In this document: one piece after another, positions 1-13,025 of the stretch
How the letters are laid out: the number at the start of each line of letters is the position of its first letter
Numbering within the stretch: position 1 is the first letter of the stretch
Assembly: GCA_017654855.1 (NCBI GenBank)
Contig: CM030334.1
Span: 3,162,001 to 3,226,000, forward strand
Length of the DNA stretch: 64,000 nucleotides
Origin: Podospora anserina
Taxonomy: Eukaryota
Direction: 5' to 3'
The notes under the pieces: model-generated
The model's database searches: none
What the model saw: only the letters and a program-made list of their open reading frames with translations
Told to the model about the DNA's origin: nothing
Made by a program: the position numbers and the translations under genes

Positions 1-3000
1 ACTCCTAAGCAGACCAGCTGAAGGAAGGTAGGCCCTACGGACGCGCCCTTCCGCAGCCCGGGCAGCCCTTCGACGGATCCAGGAACCCACGAATATAGTG
101 GATATTAAAAAGGTGTGTCAAACCCTCGGCTCCATCTCTCAATCCGTCTCGCTACGCATATGTCGGCCTGCCGGTGGGGTTGGACCTCAAGTCAAGGTGG
201 TTACTGATCCCACATGCAGACCTGCAGCCGGGCAAACCCCCTCTTGATCGACGGAAACACTCGTTTCGTTCTGGCCATCCCTCAGAGGAAACTGTTTTCA
301 CATCCAGTCCGGTTTCATCCAACCGTCACCCCCCATTGCGGACTGGTTCTTGATCCAGGGCCGCTCCTCTGGGAAACTGGCACGCTCTCGTGGCATGTGC
401 TCCGACTGATGATGTGCTTGCCAGTGGCGCATACTGAGGCACCAAGAGGACCCCCCTTAGCGTCTGGATGTGGCACGGTGAGCAGCTTGCAGCAAGCTCC
501 CTGTCTGCATTTGGGGTTGCTTGGAAGCATATGCTGTGTGCTCAGCCATAGAACCACCCTCCCGTCTACCTCTCTTCGGTCATGCTTCCGCTTGGTACAG
601 ATTTCAGTCTCCAAGTCCGAAGACGATCAGGTTCGGCAACTGTTGATTGGTGTCTTCGTCTGGAACACAGCCTAGGCAACCGGCCTATGTGTACGTTGAC
701 CAGAAAAGACGCTATGCATTCGCCACGAGTTCAGATGGCAACCCACCAACCAAGTTGTTCAGCAAACGCGCACAAGACTGCAAGTAAGCCGCCCTGATAG
801 CTGGCTTCCGTCGACCATGTAGCACTCTCGAATGTCGTTTCGGGTTTTTGACTCACGAAATTAGTTCAAAGCATGGATGTATAGGTAACCACAAGCTCCA
901 TCTCAACCATCAAGCCACCGGTGACCCAACACGCCTCGTACTTTGCCAACCTGGAGGCGGCCAAATCCGCTACAACGAGGTGTGGCGCGCTCGGGTCCCA
1001 GCAAGGCCCCTTGTTCAGAGAGATTTATATCTTCCCGGTCTGACGATGACCTGAAACAACACCAACTCCTACCCAGTGAGCCTTGTTATCTCACGGGCGA
1101 GTGAAGCACTTTCAGTGCCATGGGAAGCAATGTCACACCATGTGATCTCCCGTACGGACTCGGTCATATCTGAGACCACTTGTACATATGTGCCGTGGCA
1201 TCTTGCCGCCCTTGGAGAGCATCATTACCGCCTTCTTCGTTGGGGATCATGTTGCTGATTGACCAAGACCGGATTTGAAGAGTCCAAGTCGAACACAGCA
1301 CGCACCCGGTCAAGTCAACACCACCAACCACCCAGCCAGTCTGGGCAAGTCAAAGACAAAAGTGAGACTCAGCACCAAGTGTGGTCGCCAATCTGTGCAC
1401 AGCATGCGCAAAGACTTTCGGCAAGTGCTTAGCTCGGGCGAGTTAATGACATTGACTGTTGTCCCGAGTATCGCACTCCAGTAGAGCTGCTAATCACGTT
1501 GTCAAGCATAGTCAAGTGCTCTTGCCCTCTTCAAATGGGCCTGACTTATTCATATATTCAGGTCCTGTACACAAGTCTGCACCGGCCCGGCCTGAAATAC
1601 GACCTTGATCTGAGCCGATCTGGTCTCCGATATGAGGCTCACGGAACTCCTAGATTGTGGCACGCAACACCAAGCTCCGTTTCACACAGCCCACGGCATC
1701 CTGCCCGGAGCTGGACACGGGTGGGACGTCTAGTTTGTGACATTCGTCTGAACATAGAGTTGACAAGCCGGGCGAAGTGTTTAGATACATGCCTGTTTCG
1801 CCGTAAGCTGATGCTTTTGCTCCCACACTCCCACACGGCCAACGGCTGCCGATATACCATTGGCTCCCCGCAGAAACTGAGCGCATGGCCCCACCACGTC
1901 TGCCGAGCTTCGAGAACGATTGCCTGGAAGTGATAGGCTGGCCGGACTTCCGATGTACGGAGAGACGCGTGTGTAGCACGAGTCTCTTTCTCCACGAGAC
2001 AGGATAAAAGACGACAGCCCACTGGCTCTTGTCTTGGGGGGGCGCCGAAGAAGTGCAGCAAGCAAAGCTCCGCCCGAGGGACTGGTGGACGTGCCAAGCG
2101 CTGCTGAACCGTATTTTCGCGCTCATCCTTCCCGCCTCGTGTTTTGTGGTTGCTTGCTTGGATGGTTTGCGGGTTGCAGCATGAGGGATGGATGGCCAAG
2201 TCAATTCTAGAAACCCTGCCGAAAGGACCTCCTCTGAGCAACTAGTACGCCCCCCCCCCCTCTGAACGTCTGCTCCTGGCTGTGGGAATGATGAAATTTT
2301 TTGTTGCTGAATCTCGGTTTACCTATTAGGCCACTGCCGGTCCTTTGCGCAAGTTTAAACCACCCTTGTTACCCTCGTACCAAGGCGAGTGCGAAGAGGG
2401 TGGGTGGTGCAAGGTAGGTATCAAGGTGGTCAAGCATACAACAGCCCCCCCCATTTTTTCCGACTTGGGACGTGAGCTATACCACACTGGCTGTAGCGCC
2501 AGAATAACGCTCTCCGCCTCCAGTTCTTGTTTCTACCGCATGCCGTTACATTCTGTGGCACGGGTGGTCCCAAGCAATGGGGAAGGGAAGTAGTGTCGTA
2601 TGTAGGTCAACAACACCTTTGATCACCTGTGACCTCTCTCCTCTCTCCTCAATGGAGCTCTTATTAGGCTCTGGTTGCAATACCACAGATTGGCAAAGCC
2701 TGGAACCGATCTGGTTTTAGCAGATAAAACTGGGGTTGCTGATAATCAGGGCTCATATTGATATTGGGAATTCGAACCCGCCACTTTTTCTGTCGATGGG
2801 AGCATGGGCTGCCAAGCCGGTGCAGACTAGTAGGATGGACGAGGACAGTATAGGCAACAGGGTGTGGCTCACACACTGCACACATCAGCCACTGCCCTGT
2901 TTCCTGGCTTGGCGATATTCATGTGTGTCCCGTTCGCATTGTTCACTGGGAGGGACCGCAAGGTTGTAGGACCTTCCGAATAGGGACGGCGAGGCGGGTT

Positions 3001-5693
3001 GCAACTGGACGAGACAAACACATTGGGGACGGAGGGAGAGGAATAAAAGGCGGGGTTGGCTCCGAGGCCTAGCTGGTGGATGATGTAGGGGTTTGTTGTT
3101 GTTGCTGTGGCTGGGATTTCTTCGTGGCTCTCGTTCAAGGAAGATGATGTTTGTTCGCTGCTAGCCCTTCAACAGACTAAGGTGGCCGACTTGGAAAAGC
3201 CTACTTCATCCCGGGTTCAGTCGTCGAATACCGGAGAGAGGGACCCATGAAGAGGCGACAAAAGTATCACTGCCCGATTGCTTCCCCCGTCGTCGTCGTT
3301 TCAGCAGGGTAGGTGGGTAGACTGAGACATGGCTACTTTGCTGGTATAGGTGGTAGGTAAATGTAGATAGGTAGATGATAGGTAAGCGGATCTCCGACAC
3401 GTGTGAGGAGGGAGTGAGGGTTGGGGTTGTGTGACCACGCGTCCTGGATGCAGTGTGGCGAGCGGCAGAGGACGAATCAGAGGTGGTTCGGGGTTGACGC
3501 CTGTGGCTTGGGAAGGGGAGGGGTGTACATTTTCTCTGTTGTGAGGAGTTGTCGGAGTGGCTGGATTGAGCTCTATGAAAGGAGATCAGAAGACGATGAC
3601 AAGAGCCGGGGACTTGTGATGGAGGAAGAAGAACAGCGAGTAAGTTCTAGTTGAGTGATGGTGAGATGAGCTGAGGATGGGTTGTACTGCTGGTTTATTC
3701 TCCGAACCGAAAATAAGCGCTCCCCAAAAAGCGTCAACACATATTCTCACGATAATACCTATCTGGCCATTCGAGCTGGCTGAACCTGGCTTGAACTGGG
3801 CTTTTTCGAGTTTGATGGTTTCTCGACTTAGACGATTTCGTTGCCGTACCTATGTACCACTCACTGCCAAACTCCATACCTAGAAAGTATAAATGCGAGG
3901 AATTTTATCTTTAAACTCTTTGGAATCTTGCTACCTTAGGCAAGTAGGTAGGTACGTGCTTCCCTCAGCACCATCCCATCAGCTACTCATCGACACTCTT
4001 GCCTCCGCGCACCGAATAATTACCAATAGGACCAACCCAAGACACCCCCAGATTCAGGAGAGAAATGTCACAGTGACTGTTCTAGAAACACAACAAAGTC
4101 TGACACAAGATGAATTCCAATTTCAACATCAGCTGGCTCAGATAGGACATTGCCGAATACCGCACAAGTCCACACCTGGTGAAGAGGGCATGCAATCAAC
4201 ATATGGGGACCCCCTGACGATGAAGATGTGATGGGGGCTGTGAGGCTTCTCGGTATCTTGACTCCGGGAAGACTTTGCCCATGATTCGAGACAAATACCT
4301 ATATGCATTGCGAGGAAGGGTTGGGTGGGAAGGATGAGTGCAGGTCGGGGTTTTATACGATACCTAGAGTTTGAAGAGCTGTCTTTTACATGCGCTTTGC
4401 TAATGACTTTCGAGGTGGCATGTTGTATACAGGTACCTGCAAACCCTGTTTGGAGATTTCCAAACGAGTTTTAACTTAGAGGACCCAGACGATAAACATC
4501 CATATTAAAACAAGAAAATAGCATCTAGTAACCCGGACTCTAATACAAATAAACCTTACCCAGACCCAACCCAGACCCAACCCAGACTCATTCAAGACAC
4601 CACGAGGACAGGACCCAGACTCCGCTTCTTCTAGTATAATTACGTTGGTAGATGAGGAAGGGTAGAGGGTCAGTTGTCAAGAAGGGAGTGAGTGGTATGC
4701 TGGGAGATAGGGAGTTGTAATTCCTTTTAGATTTTGGTTTAAGAATTCAGGTTTTATTCTTGTGGGGTCTTGGATAAGTTTTTGGATGACCAACAGAGAC
4801 ACAAAGCTGGCCACTTATTCATGGTGCGGGCGTTGAAGCTGCAGTGGGCTTGCCCGCAGCCGGTTATCCAGAGCTTCTAGAACCTGGGTCGCCACGACGA
4901 GGAGGATTGAATTCCACAGCGCCTCCAGCAAAACACGGCCCACGCGCGAGCATGCTCCGGCTTAGGGTTTTGCTCCGTCTTTCGAAAGAGCCAGATAGGC
5001 ACTGACCATCAAGGAGATCTTTCGTAGCCCGTGTAAGAGCCCGCTTGGGAGTGGGAATGGCGGTAAACCACCACCAGGGTCCTATGTGCCGGCTGCAGAA
5101 GGTCTATTAGCAGAGGACTACTGCTGCGCACGACTCGATGAACGATCGTTTTAATAGGAAATAAAAGAAAGGGGAGTTGGCGAGAATATATACACCATTA
5201 TGCTGCGTCGTAGTCGTCGACTTGAACTGTCCTTTCCCTTCATTCTTCTGATAATTCTCGTCAGTTACTCATCCCGCCTCGGGCTGGTATAAGACAACGA
5301 CTGTCATCCAACCCAACTACAAACCCCATATCTCAACCTTAACAACTACACCCGAGATATAACCCCCCCCAAACCACCCCTCCCTCACCTTCCCCCCACC
5401 TCCCAAAACCAAAACCCCTCAGACTCCCACCATCCAAAAATACCTCCTCCAACACCACCCCCTTTTCTCACCACATCCCAAAAGTACCAACCCCTCACCA
5501 CTACTAAACACACAAATATCCCATCAAAACAGAATCCCAATGTTCATATCTCTCTCTTGTTTCCTAATCAAAACACACCAAAAACACGCTATAATGCTAG
5601 GTACGTACATCCCTTTTCTTTTCCCTTGCCAAATTCCTGCCCGTTTTTTCATTCTGAAAGCGATATTTTTCTTTCCACCATGATGATTGATGA

Positions 5694-5757
5694 GCAAGTA
5701 AGTAAGTAAGTAAGTAAGTACGTGAGTAAATATGAAGTGAGTAAGCAAGTAAGTGAG
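5694..5757. repeat. (AGTA)n microsatellite with degenerate tail
   Basis: aagtaagtaagtaagtaagtaagta followed by gtgagta/gtaagc/gtaagt variants. Confidence 0.85.
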
Positions 5758-6254
5758 GATGGATGTATAACAATTAAAAGAAGAAAGCGTATAAGAAATG
5801 AAACCCTTCCCAACCCCCCCTTTCTCTTAACTTCTCCTCCCCATTAACACAAACACCAGTCATAAATAAAAACCCAAAACACCCCAAAACCCAAATACAC
5901 CCTGGGATATCATGCATATAACACACAAAATAAAAACGCATACAGAAAAATAAAAAGGGTTGAACGAATAAAACAAAACGTCATGATATGCCTGTTGTAA
6001 AAAAACTCAAGACAAAGAAAAAAGGTTTACACCAACTGTCCCTCCCTCCCTCCCTTGCCTAAACCTGCCCAAAAGCCCAGACAAATAAATGCCCTGTCCT
6101 AATGATAATCATTGATTCCCAAAAACAAAAAAAACCCTCCCATTCCCTTGTTTCGTTGTTGTGTGTTGCCATAATGTAATCGAATAATTCCCTGATAGTA
6201 ATTCCAACTTGTTCCACTCCCATCCCATCATCCCCTTATTTCCCCCTCCCTTCC

Positions 6255-9200
6255 TCAAAAAAACTTGGACAGCGCCTGGCTCAAATTAATAAAATCCACC
6301 GGCTTCGCCACATAGTCGCTAAACCCAGCCTCCACACACTTTTCCTGCACGTCGCTCATGACATTCGCGCTGAGCGCAATAATCGGCAGCGCCCTGTTCT
6401 TGTTGTTTGGGTTCTGGTTTGTTGGAACAAAGCTCCTCCCGGTCTTCTCGTCCTCCATCAGGTGCTGAATTTCCCACGCTCTAATCTCCCTGCAGGCTTG
6501 ATACCCGTCTTTTCTGGGCATGTGGAGGTCGCACTGTTCAGTGGTTAGTGATGGGGAAAAAAAAAAGTGACGAGACAAGAAGACATACCAGAATCAACGA
6601 ATAATACCCCCTCCCCCTCCCAAACACCATATCAGTGCACTCGACCCCATCCGCCGCCAGTTCCACCTCCACTCCAACCCTCTTCAGATACTTTGACAAG
6701 ACCTTTTGATTAACCGGGTTATCCTCCACCAGCAGCACCTTGTACCCCTTGTTGCCCATGCGCCTTTCCATATCAACGTAGCTCTGTCGTTGAAATTCCA
6801 CCAACTGCTGCGCCGTCGAGCGGTTCCGATCAATACTCAGATCACGCTCCTTGCCCGGGTCGAAAATCACGGCAAACCTCGACGGTTTGACTGGCTTGTA
6901 GATATACGTCACCTTGCCGTCGGAGAGCATGTCGTCATACTTTGTGCCCGCTACCTGCTTGATGACTGCCTGTCGCTGGACCGAGTCCGAAAGAATAAGA
7001 ATGCTGGTCTTGCCCAGCATGCTCGATCCCGAAATCCTGTCCATCAGACTGATGATATCTTCAGGCGTGGGCAGGTTGACAACAATGTGCGTGAAATTCA
7101 CCGATTCATCACCACCGATCATACCGCGGGCCTCATCCACAGATGATACCGCAACGATCTGATGGGGGACGTCCTTGGGCAGCGTCTGCTCAATGTGCTT
7201 GGTAGTCGCCTCCCGGCTGTGCGTTTGTGGGCAGATGATCAAGATAGAGTACAAGGACGGGCGATAGTTGGCCACAAGACTTGGCCGTTTCGAGTCTAGG
7301 GGCATCGGGGTAGTACCTGGAGATATCCGGTGGGCCGGCATCTCCAACTTCATCTGCGACAGGTCCTGCCCGCTAGCTCGAGCAGCTTCACTGAAACGAG
7401 CCAGTCCGCTGACAGAAGATAGCGACGACCTCTCGGTAGTTTGAGTCCGACCAGAGGCTCCGGAAAGCTCCGAACTACCACTAGAAGCCATGGTCGGTGA
7501 CCTGTATGTCGAGTCTGTCGTCTGCGGGCTGATGGCCTGCACATGCTGGAAGGAATCCCGCACGGCAGACTCTGTCGAGCTTACGCTAACCTCCCGCATG
7601 AGCCCAGGTGTCGGTTGAGGAACCGCCGAGCCATCGGGATGGTCTGTGTCAGTCGGCAGCCCAAATCTCGCCGTGAACGTAAACGTGGACCCCTTGCCAG
7701 GCACGGCCGTGCCGTTCATGGTGCCACCATGCAGCTCAGCCAGCTGGCGCGAAATGACCAGCCCGAGTCCGCTTCCGCCGTGCTGTCTAGTGCTGCTTCC
7801 ATCGATCTGACTGAAGGGCTTGAAGATCAGCTCAGCCTCCTGCTCGGTAAAGCCCCTGCCCGTGTCAATCACAGAAAACTCCAGCATAATCTCAGCTTTC
7901 CCAAGCTCGACACCCTCAGGGACAATGACTTTGCACCGACTGAAAACCTCCCCCTGACTGGTGAATTTGATAGCATTGCCGATGACATTGAGCAGGACCT
8001 GGCGGATACGGACTTTGTCTCCCTTGACCCACGCCGGAACGTCCTCTTCCACAACATAGTTGAGTTCCAGACGTTTCGCAATGGCCATGGTCGACACCAG
8101 CTCATTCACATCCTCGATCAGCGACCGGGTGTGGAACCACTCAAAGTTCAACTTCATCATCCCCGCATCCACCTTGGACAGGTCCAAAATGTCGTTGATA
8201 ATCATCAGCAAGCTGTTGGCGCTGGTCTGGATCGTGTTGGTGTAATCGCGCTGCTCTTCGTTCAGTGTCGTGTCCTGCAAAAAGCTGACCATGCCGGATA
8301 TGCCGATGAGAGGCGTCCTGATCTCGTGAGACATGTTGCTGAGGAAGCGACTCTTTGAGTCCATAGCCTCCTTCAGCTTCGTCTCGAGCAGTTTCAAGTC
8401 GTTGATGTCCGTGGCCGACCCAAAGAAGGAACTGACACCATTACCAAAGTCGACGTTATCGATCTCAACACAGCGTACGAGATGCCACCGGTACTCGCCG
8501 CTCTTAGAGCGCAACCGTATCTCGGTGGTGTACGAGAGCCGCCCGCTGCTGTCGGTCGAAACGCGAATCACGCCCTTCCTGGCAAGCTCGGTAAGATTGG
8601 CAGTCGAGAGCTCGTAGACCGAACCGCTGCTCGAGCTGTTATGTCGAGACAGCGCCTGGTGGATGCCGCGAATGTTGGCATCGGGGGCGGTGCTCGAGGG
8701 CCTTGTCGATTTGGCAGACTTGATAGACATCCTGTCAATCGAGATAGAGTGCGCGTGGCCTTTGTTCTCATTTTTGAAAAGAGGACTTGGTGACCTCTCC
8801 GGGGGGATTTGGCACTTTGCAAGATCGTCAGGATGAACAAAGTCCATGAAGCCAAGACCCAGGACATCCTCAAACGTTTGGCCCGTGTAGGACAGCCACT
8901 GTTCGTTGGCGAAGGTGATCCCCTCGTCTTCGGTGGCGGTAAAGATGATCTGGGGAATTAGGTTGGCGAGCAGTCGATGCTTGGCTTCCGACACTTCGAT
9001 TTCCTCTTGACGCGCAGCCCGGAGCTCCGCAATGTGTTGATCATGAATGTCCATGTAGGAGCCCAGGAACTGCATGATGACACCTCTCTTGTCCTTGGAG
9101 GCGACAGCCCTGGCGTAGAACCACCGATAGGCACCGTCAAACCGCCGGATGCGCACTGTTCTCGAAAACTGCTCACCTGTCCTTACTGACTGGCTCCAGA

Positions 9201-12200
9201 ACTTGAGATACTCGTCCCGGTCGTCAGGGTGTATGCTCCCCCAGGGATCGGCCGCTAGATCGCCAGATGTTTGGCCCCGATACGAAAGGAACCTGCTGTT
9301 GACCCAGACTATTTCACCTGTTTGCGGGAGAGCGACAAAGACGTGAGCCGGTAAAGAGTCCAAGATGAGACCTTTTAGCTTGTCCGACGGCGGTGTCATC
9401 TCGCCCTGGGACAACGACCCGGCCCTCGAAGGTGCTGCTACCGAGCCAGAGCCTCTGCTAATGGTGGAGCTCGGAGGAAGAGACTGAAAAGTAGCCGCAA
9501 AATCGGCACCGTACGAGTGAAGCTGGGTATGGGGACGGGCTGCCCCTGGAGTCCCAGGAAGCTGTTGTTTCTTATCCCCCGCCCCCGCACTGATTTTCTC
9601 ATTGGAGGAATCCTTGAGCTCTTTGGCACCCGGCCTCCTGGATTCTTCCGAGCTTCGACGGGCACCATCGATCACCTCAGGCTGTCCTGGGCTGAGCAAA
9701 GCTGCATCTTGTTTGCCCCCCGACAGCCTCGATGATGATCTCCTCTCAGCCTCTCTCGAGTCCCGTGTAGGACGCTGAGTCCCAGCTCCCATTTTCGATA
9801 CCGAGCTAAAGTAGCTGTCTGCGTTCACTGGGGCAGGGCTGGCAGTAGGTCCACCCCTCAACAATCCCATTGCCGTTGGCTCCCACCCGGGAGTTCCTGT
9901 TGGTGAGCCAGCCGTACTACGAGAAGGCCCAGAGTAGTCACTTGGACTGGTGATACTGCCGGCCAACGAACCTCTAGTTGCGTCCTCGGCATACGCCAGT
10001 GAAGCGAGGGCAGTCGGGTCGGCAAGTGGTCTTCCATCTGGACCCAGAGCGCCAAAGCCTGCGGTTTGTGGCCGCCTCTTTTGCAGCCCATTCAGCTCAA
10101 TCTCGAGGTTCGTGTAGTGACGACACAAGGAGAAGGATGTGGCGAGATGGGGGGCGAGATGGTCGAGAGAGTGGCGAAAATTGGAAGGATACGGGATGAT
10201 GGGGCTCAGAATCGATAGGATGGCGATTGGCGCGTGTTTCTCCTTGGGAGGTCTCTCCGGTGAGGAATTGGGAATCGCAGAAACATCCCCGGATCTGTTC
10301 CGCGCGGATATCTTCTGCTCCATAAGAGAAGGATCAAGCTTGAAGGTCGGATTCGGTTTGGATAGGAGCACGTGCGTCAGGGGAATGTGCAGCACAGTCC
10401 ATGAGTTATCCATCCCGATCGCTTCGGGCGGCCTTATGTCCGTATAATCCACAGGAGCAGAGGCAGGATTGAAAGAGTCCTCGTCCACCATGGCGTCGGT
10501 GAAGAACGGGTTCTCATTAGGATCAGCCCGCACCGCAGGCGAGGGGGCTGGGGACTGCGACCAGGGTGATGGTGGAGTTTGCTCATATTCCTCGTAGCGT
10601 GGGTTGGCTGCTTTTGGCCTGTCTTCATCCATCCGGGACCCAGCACCAGACCCCTTCTTGTCCAACCCGACTTTGGGAGCTCTGTTCACGGCTGGCGAGA
10701 AGGTGGTGGCGCTACTGAGAAGCGACGAAAGCTTGGAGGCAGAATCAGACCGAGGCCTTCTCCCGGATTTGCGGGTACCCTCGGGGGATTTTGGCCGGGC
10801 GGGTGTTTTGGGCTCTGGCACTTTGTACTCTGCTGACCCTGGAGCAAGATAGGGGTAGTTCCTCGTGAGCGCTACAACCCGGCCACGCTCTAATACCCGC
10901 ATTACCCCATTATGATCGATCAACGGGTCGGCCTCGTAGTCAAGCGCTTGCAGGACATTCAAGATTTTGCCATTCCCCTTTCTCGGCGCTGTAATGGGCG
11001 CCTCCCAGCTTGGAATATCCTGTTGCTGTTGTTCCTCCAATGCATCGTGTTCCTCCAGAGCCTGCCGGTTCAGAGCAGTGGTGTTGTGGTCGTCAAGATC
11101 GTCATGAACTTCGAGTGTGGGAGCCGCATGACTTGTTTTGCTCCTAGAAAGAAAATGAGGTCGTCGAGAGGCAGCCTGGGGCGCTCGTTCGTTGGCCGCA
11201 GTGCGTGCTTCCTTTCTGTCCTCGTACGAAGTGTAGGAATGCCTGCTTTGCAACCCCGGGCGGGCCGGCGGTTGCTGCTGTTGTGTCGGTGACTCTGGAG
11301 GATGGGAAAGGCCTTCGGAAAGATCGTCGACACTGCTCGGCATAAGACTCGACCCCTTGGCGAGATAACCCAGGCTTAAAACATCCTCCCTGTGAGCATT
11401 GTAAGTCGCCTTTTGGCCCCATGGAACGTTTTCAATATCGGTTGAATCTGCTGGAACAGCCAGTGTGACCCTTTCAGCCTTGTACACATCAACCATGATC
11501 TGCACCACCGTGTTCCACCACGCATCCAGTCCCGGTTCCGCGGCAAGCATCAATGTTAGGTCATAAAGGTTAGGACTTGGGAACTCATACTGCTCTCCCG
11601 TAGACTGGGAATATCCCGGGGGCAGAAACGTGGTGGCCGACGCCGGGGTGGATGGGTTCGAAAGAAAGCTGTCCTGGCCTTTGAAGATATCAAAACCATG
11701 CTGGGGACCTTTGGGCGGCACGGTTGGCGAGAGCGTCGTGAACGGCCGGTGTATCGATGGTGGTATCATACTTGGAGGAGCCATGCGAGGAAACGGATAG
11801 GAAGGCGTGCCGGTCACCGGGCCGGGTGTAAATCCTCCTCGAACGGTATTACCGGACTCGGTAGACGATGTCAGGGTGGCGTCTGAGCCGGACGAATGGA
11901 ACATTGCTGGTGGTGAGATCTCCTCCTGAATAGGAGAGACGCGAACGGGTCCAGGCATGGCGAGAGCCTCACCTCTCAAAGGAGCCTCTCGTCTCTCGAT
12001 ATGTCGAGCTAGATTTTCCCGGTACTCGTCCAACTTCCGCTGAGCGTCCCTCGGCTCCGCCTGACCACCGAGCTTTCCTGCCCTACCCTGCTTAACCTGT
12101 GCAGGACCAATCTCATTTCTTGGCGTGGTGTCGTTATCGCGCGGCCTGGGTGGACTGGTTGGTGATACTCCTTGTTGTGATTCGTCCACTCGGTCATATC

Positions 12201-12588
12201 TCTCCTTGAACTTTAACGCTTTGTTTCCCAGGTTCTGAGAAAGCGGATCAGGGGTGGCAGATGGCTGGAACCCTCTGCTGCTCCCCAGATCCCCCGTCAT
12301 TTGTTGTTGTAGTTTTGCAATCAGCGACACAGTCCCACGCAAGATTGTACCACCATCACTATCGTCAGCTTCACTGGAATCAGCAACACCACTCCTGGTC
12401 ACAGCAGTCTCTTCAGCAGCAGCGACACCCGTGATATCTGGTGGGATTGTCGTCGTTGTTGTCGTTGTTGGCGTCGTAGTCGTTGTGGGAGGATTCGACC
12501 TTGTCCTCTTCAGCTCAGCCGCCTTCTTGGATCGTCGTGAGGCAGATTTTACCCTGGCTTGTCGTGGTTTGTGACCTCTCCTTCGCAT
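6255..12588 (-). CDS. Hybrid two-component histidine kinase (2x PAS/PAC, HisKA, HATPase, C-terminal receiver); probably fungal group V (HHK2/NIK-2/Mak1-like)
   Basis: H-box FLSNMSHEIRTPL, N-box QVLLNVIGNAIKFT, G boxes DTGRG and GGSGLGLVI, PAS motifs IHPDD/VHPDD, receiver VLLVEDNPVNQ...CDLHMP...KPV. Exons 12588-6589 and 6533-6255 (intron GTATGT..CAG, 6588-6534). The start may instead be the in-frame ATG at 12300, which has a better context (CAACAAATG). Confidence 0.93.
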
Positions 12589-12937
12589 TCCCTCATTCAG
12601 GCTGATGATGCGGTTGCCTCCTGGGAGCTAAAAAATCCCAGCAGTGACGTCGACGGTAGTATAGGCGGCCGCGCAGGCTCGGGTCGGCAGTCGTACATGC
12701 ATCCGCTGTGGGAGCCCTCGACGAGATAAAAGAGCAACCTTCCTTTCTCCTCCCCTAGCACATCAAAAACATGAGACGAAAATGGGCCACAAGTGAAGTC
12801 AAAGCAATGGCTGGGCTGCGTGTGATGATGGATGGGTCTGAGCAGAGGCTGAAACGGGCGGCGGTTGTCCTGGTCTGGTCTGTCTGGGGAATTAGACTGG
12901 CAAAAACCTTGGAAGGGGGGATCGTGGTGTCGGGTTC

Positions 12938-13025
12938 GAGAGAGAGAGAGAGAGAGTGTGTGTGTGTGTGTGTGTTGTGTGTGATGACTGAGTTTGGTTT
13001 GGTTTGGTTTGGTGTGTGCGTGTGC
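12938..13025. repeat. Compound microsatellite (GA)n(GT)n(GTTTG)n upstream of the histidine kinase
   Basis: Directly visible dinucleotide and pentanucleotide arrays. Confidence 0.9.

Noticed and set aside
214-2241. Several 100-200 aa ORFs on both strands at the left end
   Set aside because: No recognisable motifs, overlapping frames, and Cys/Arg/Ser-rich random-like composition.
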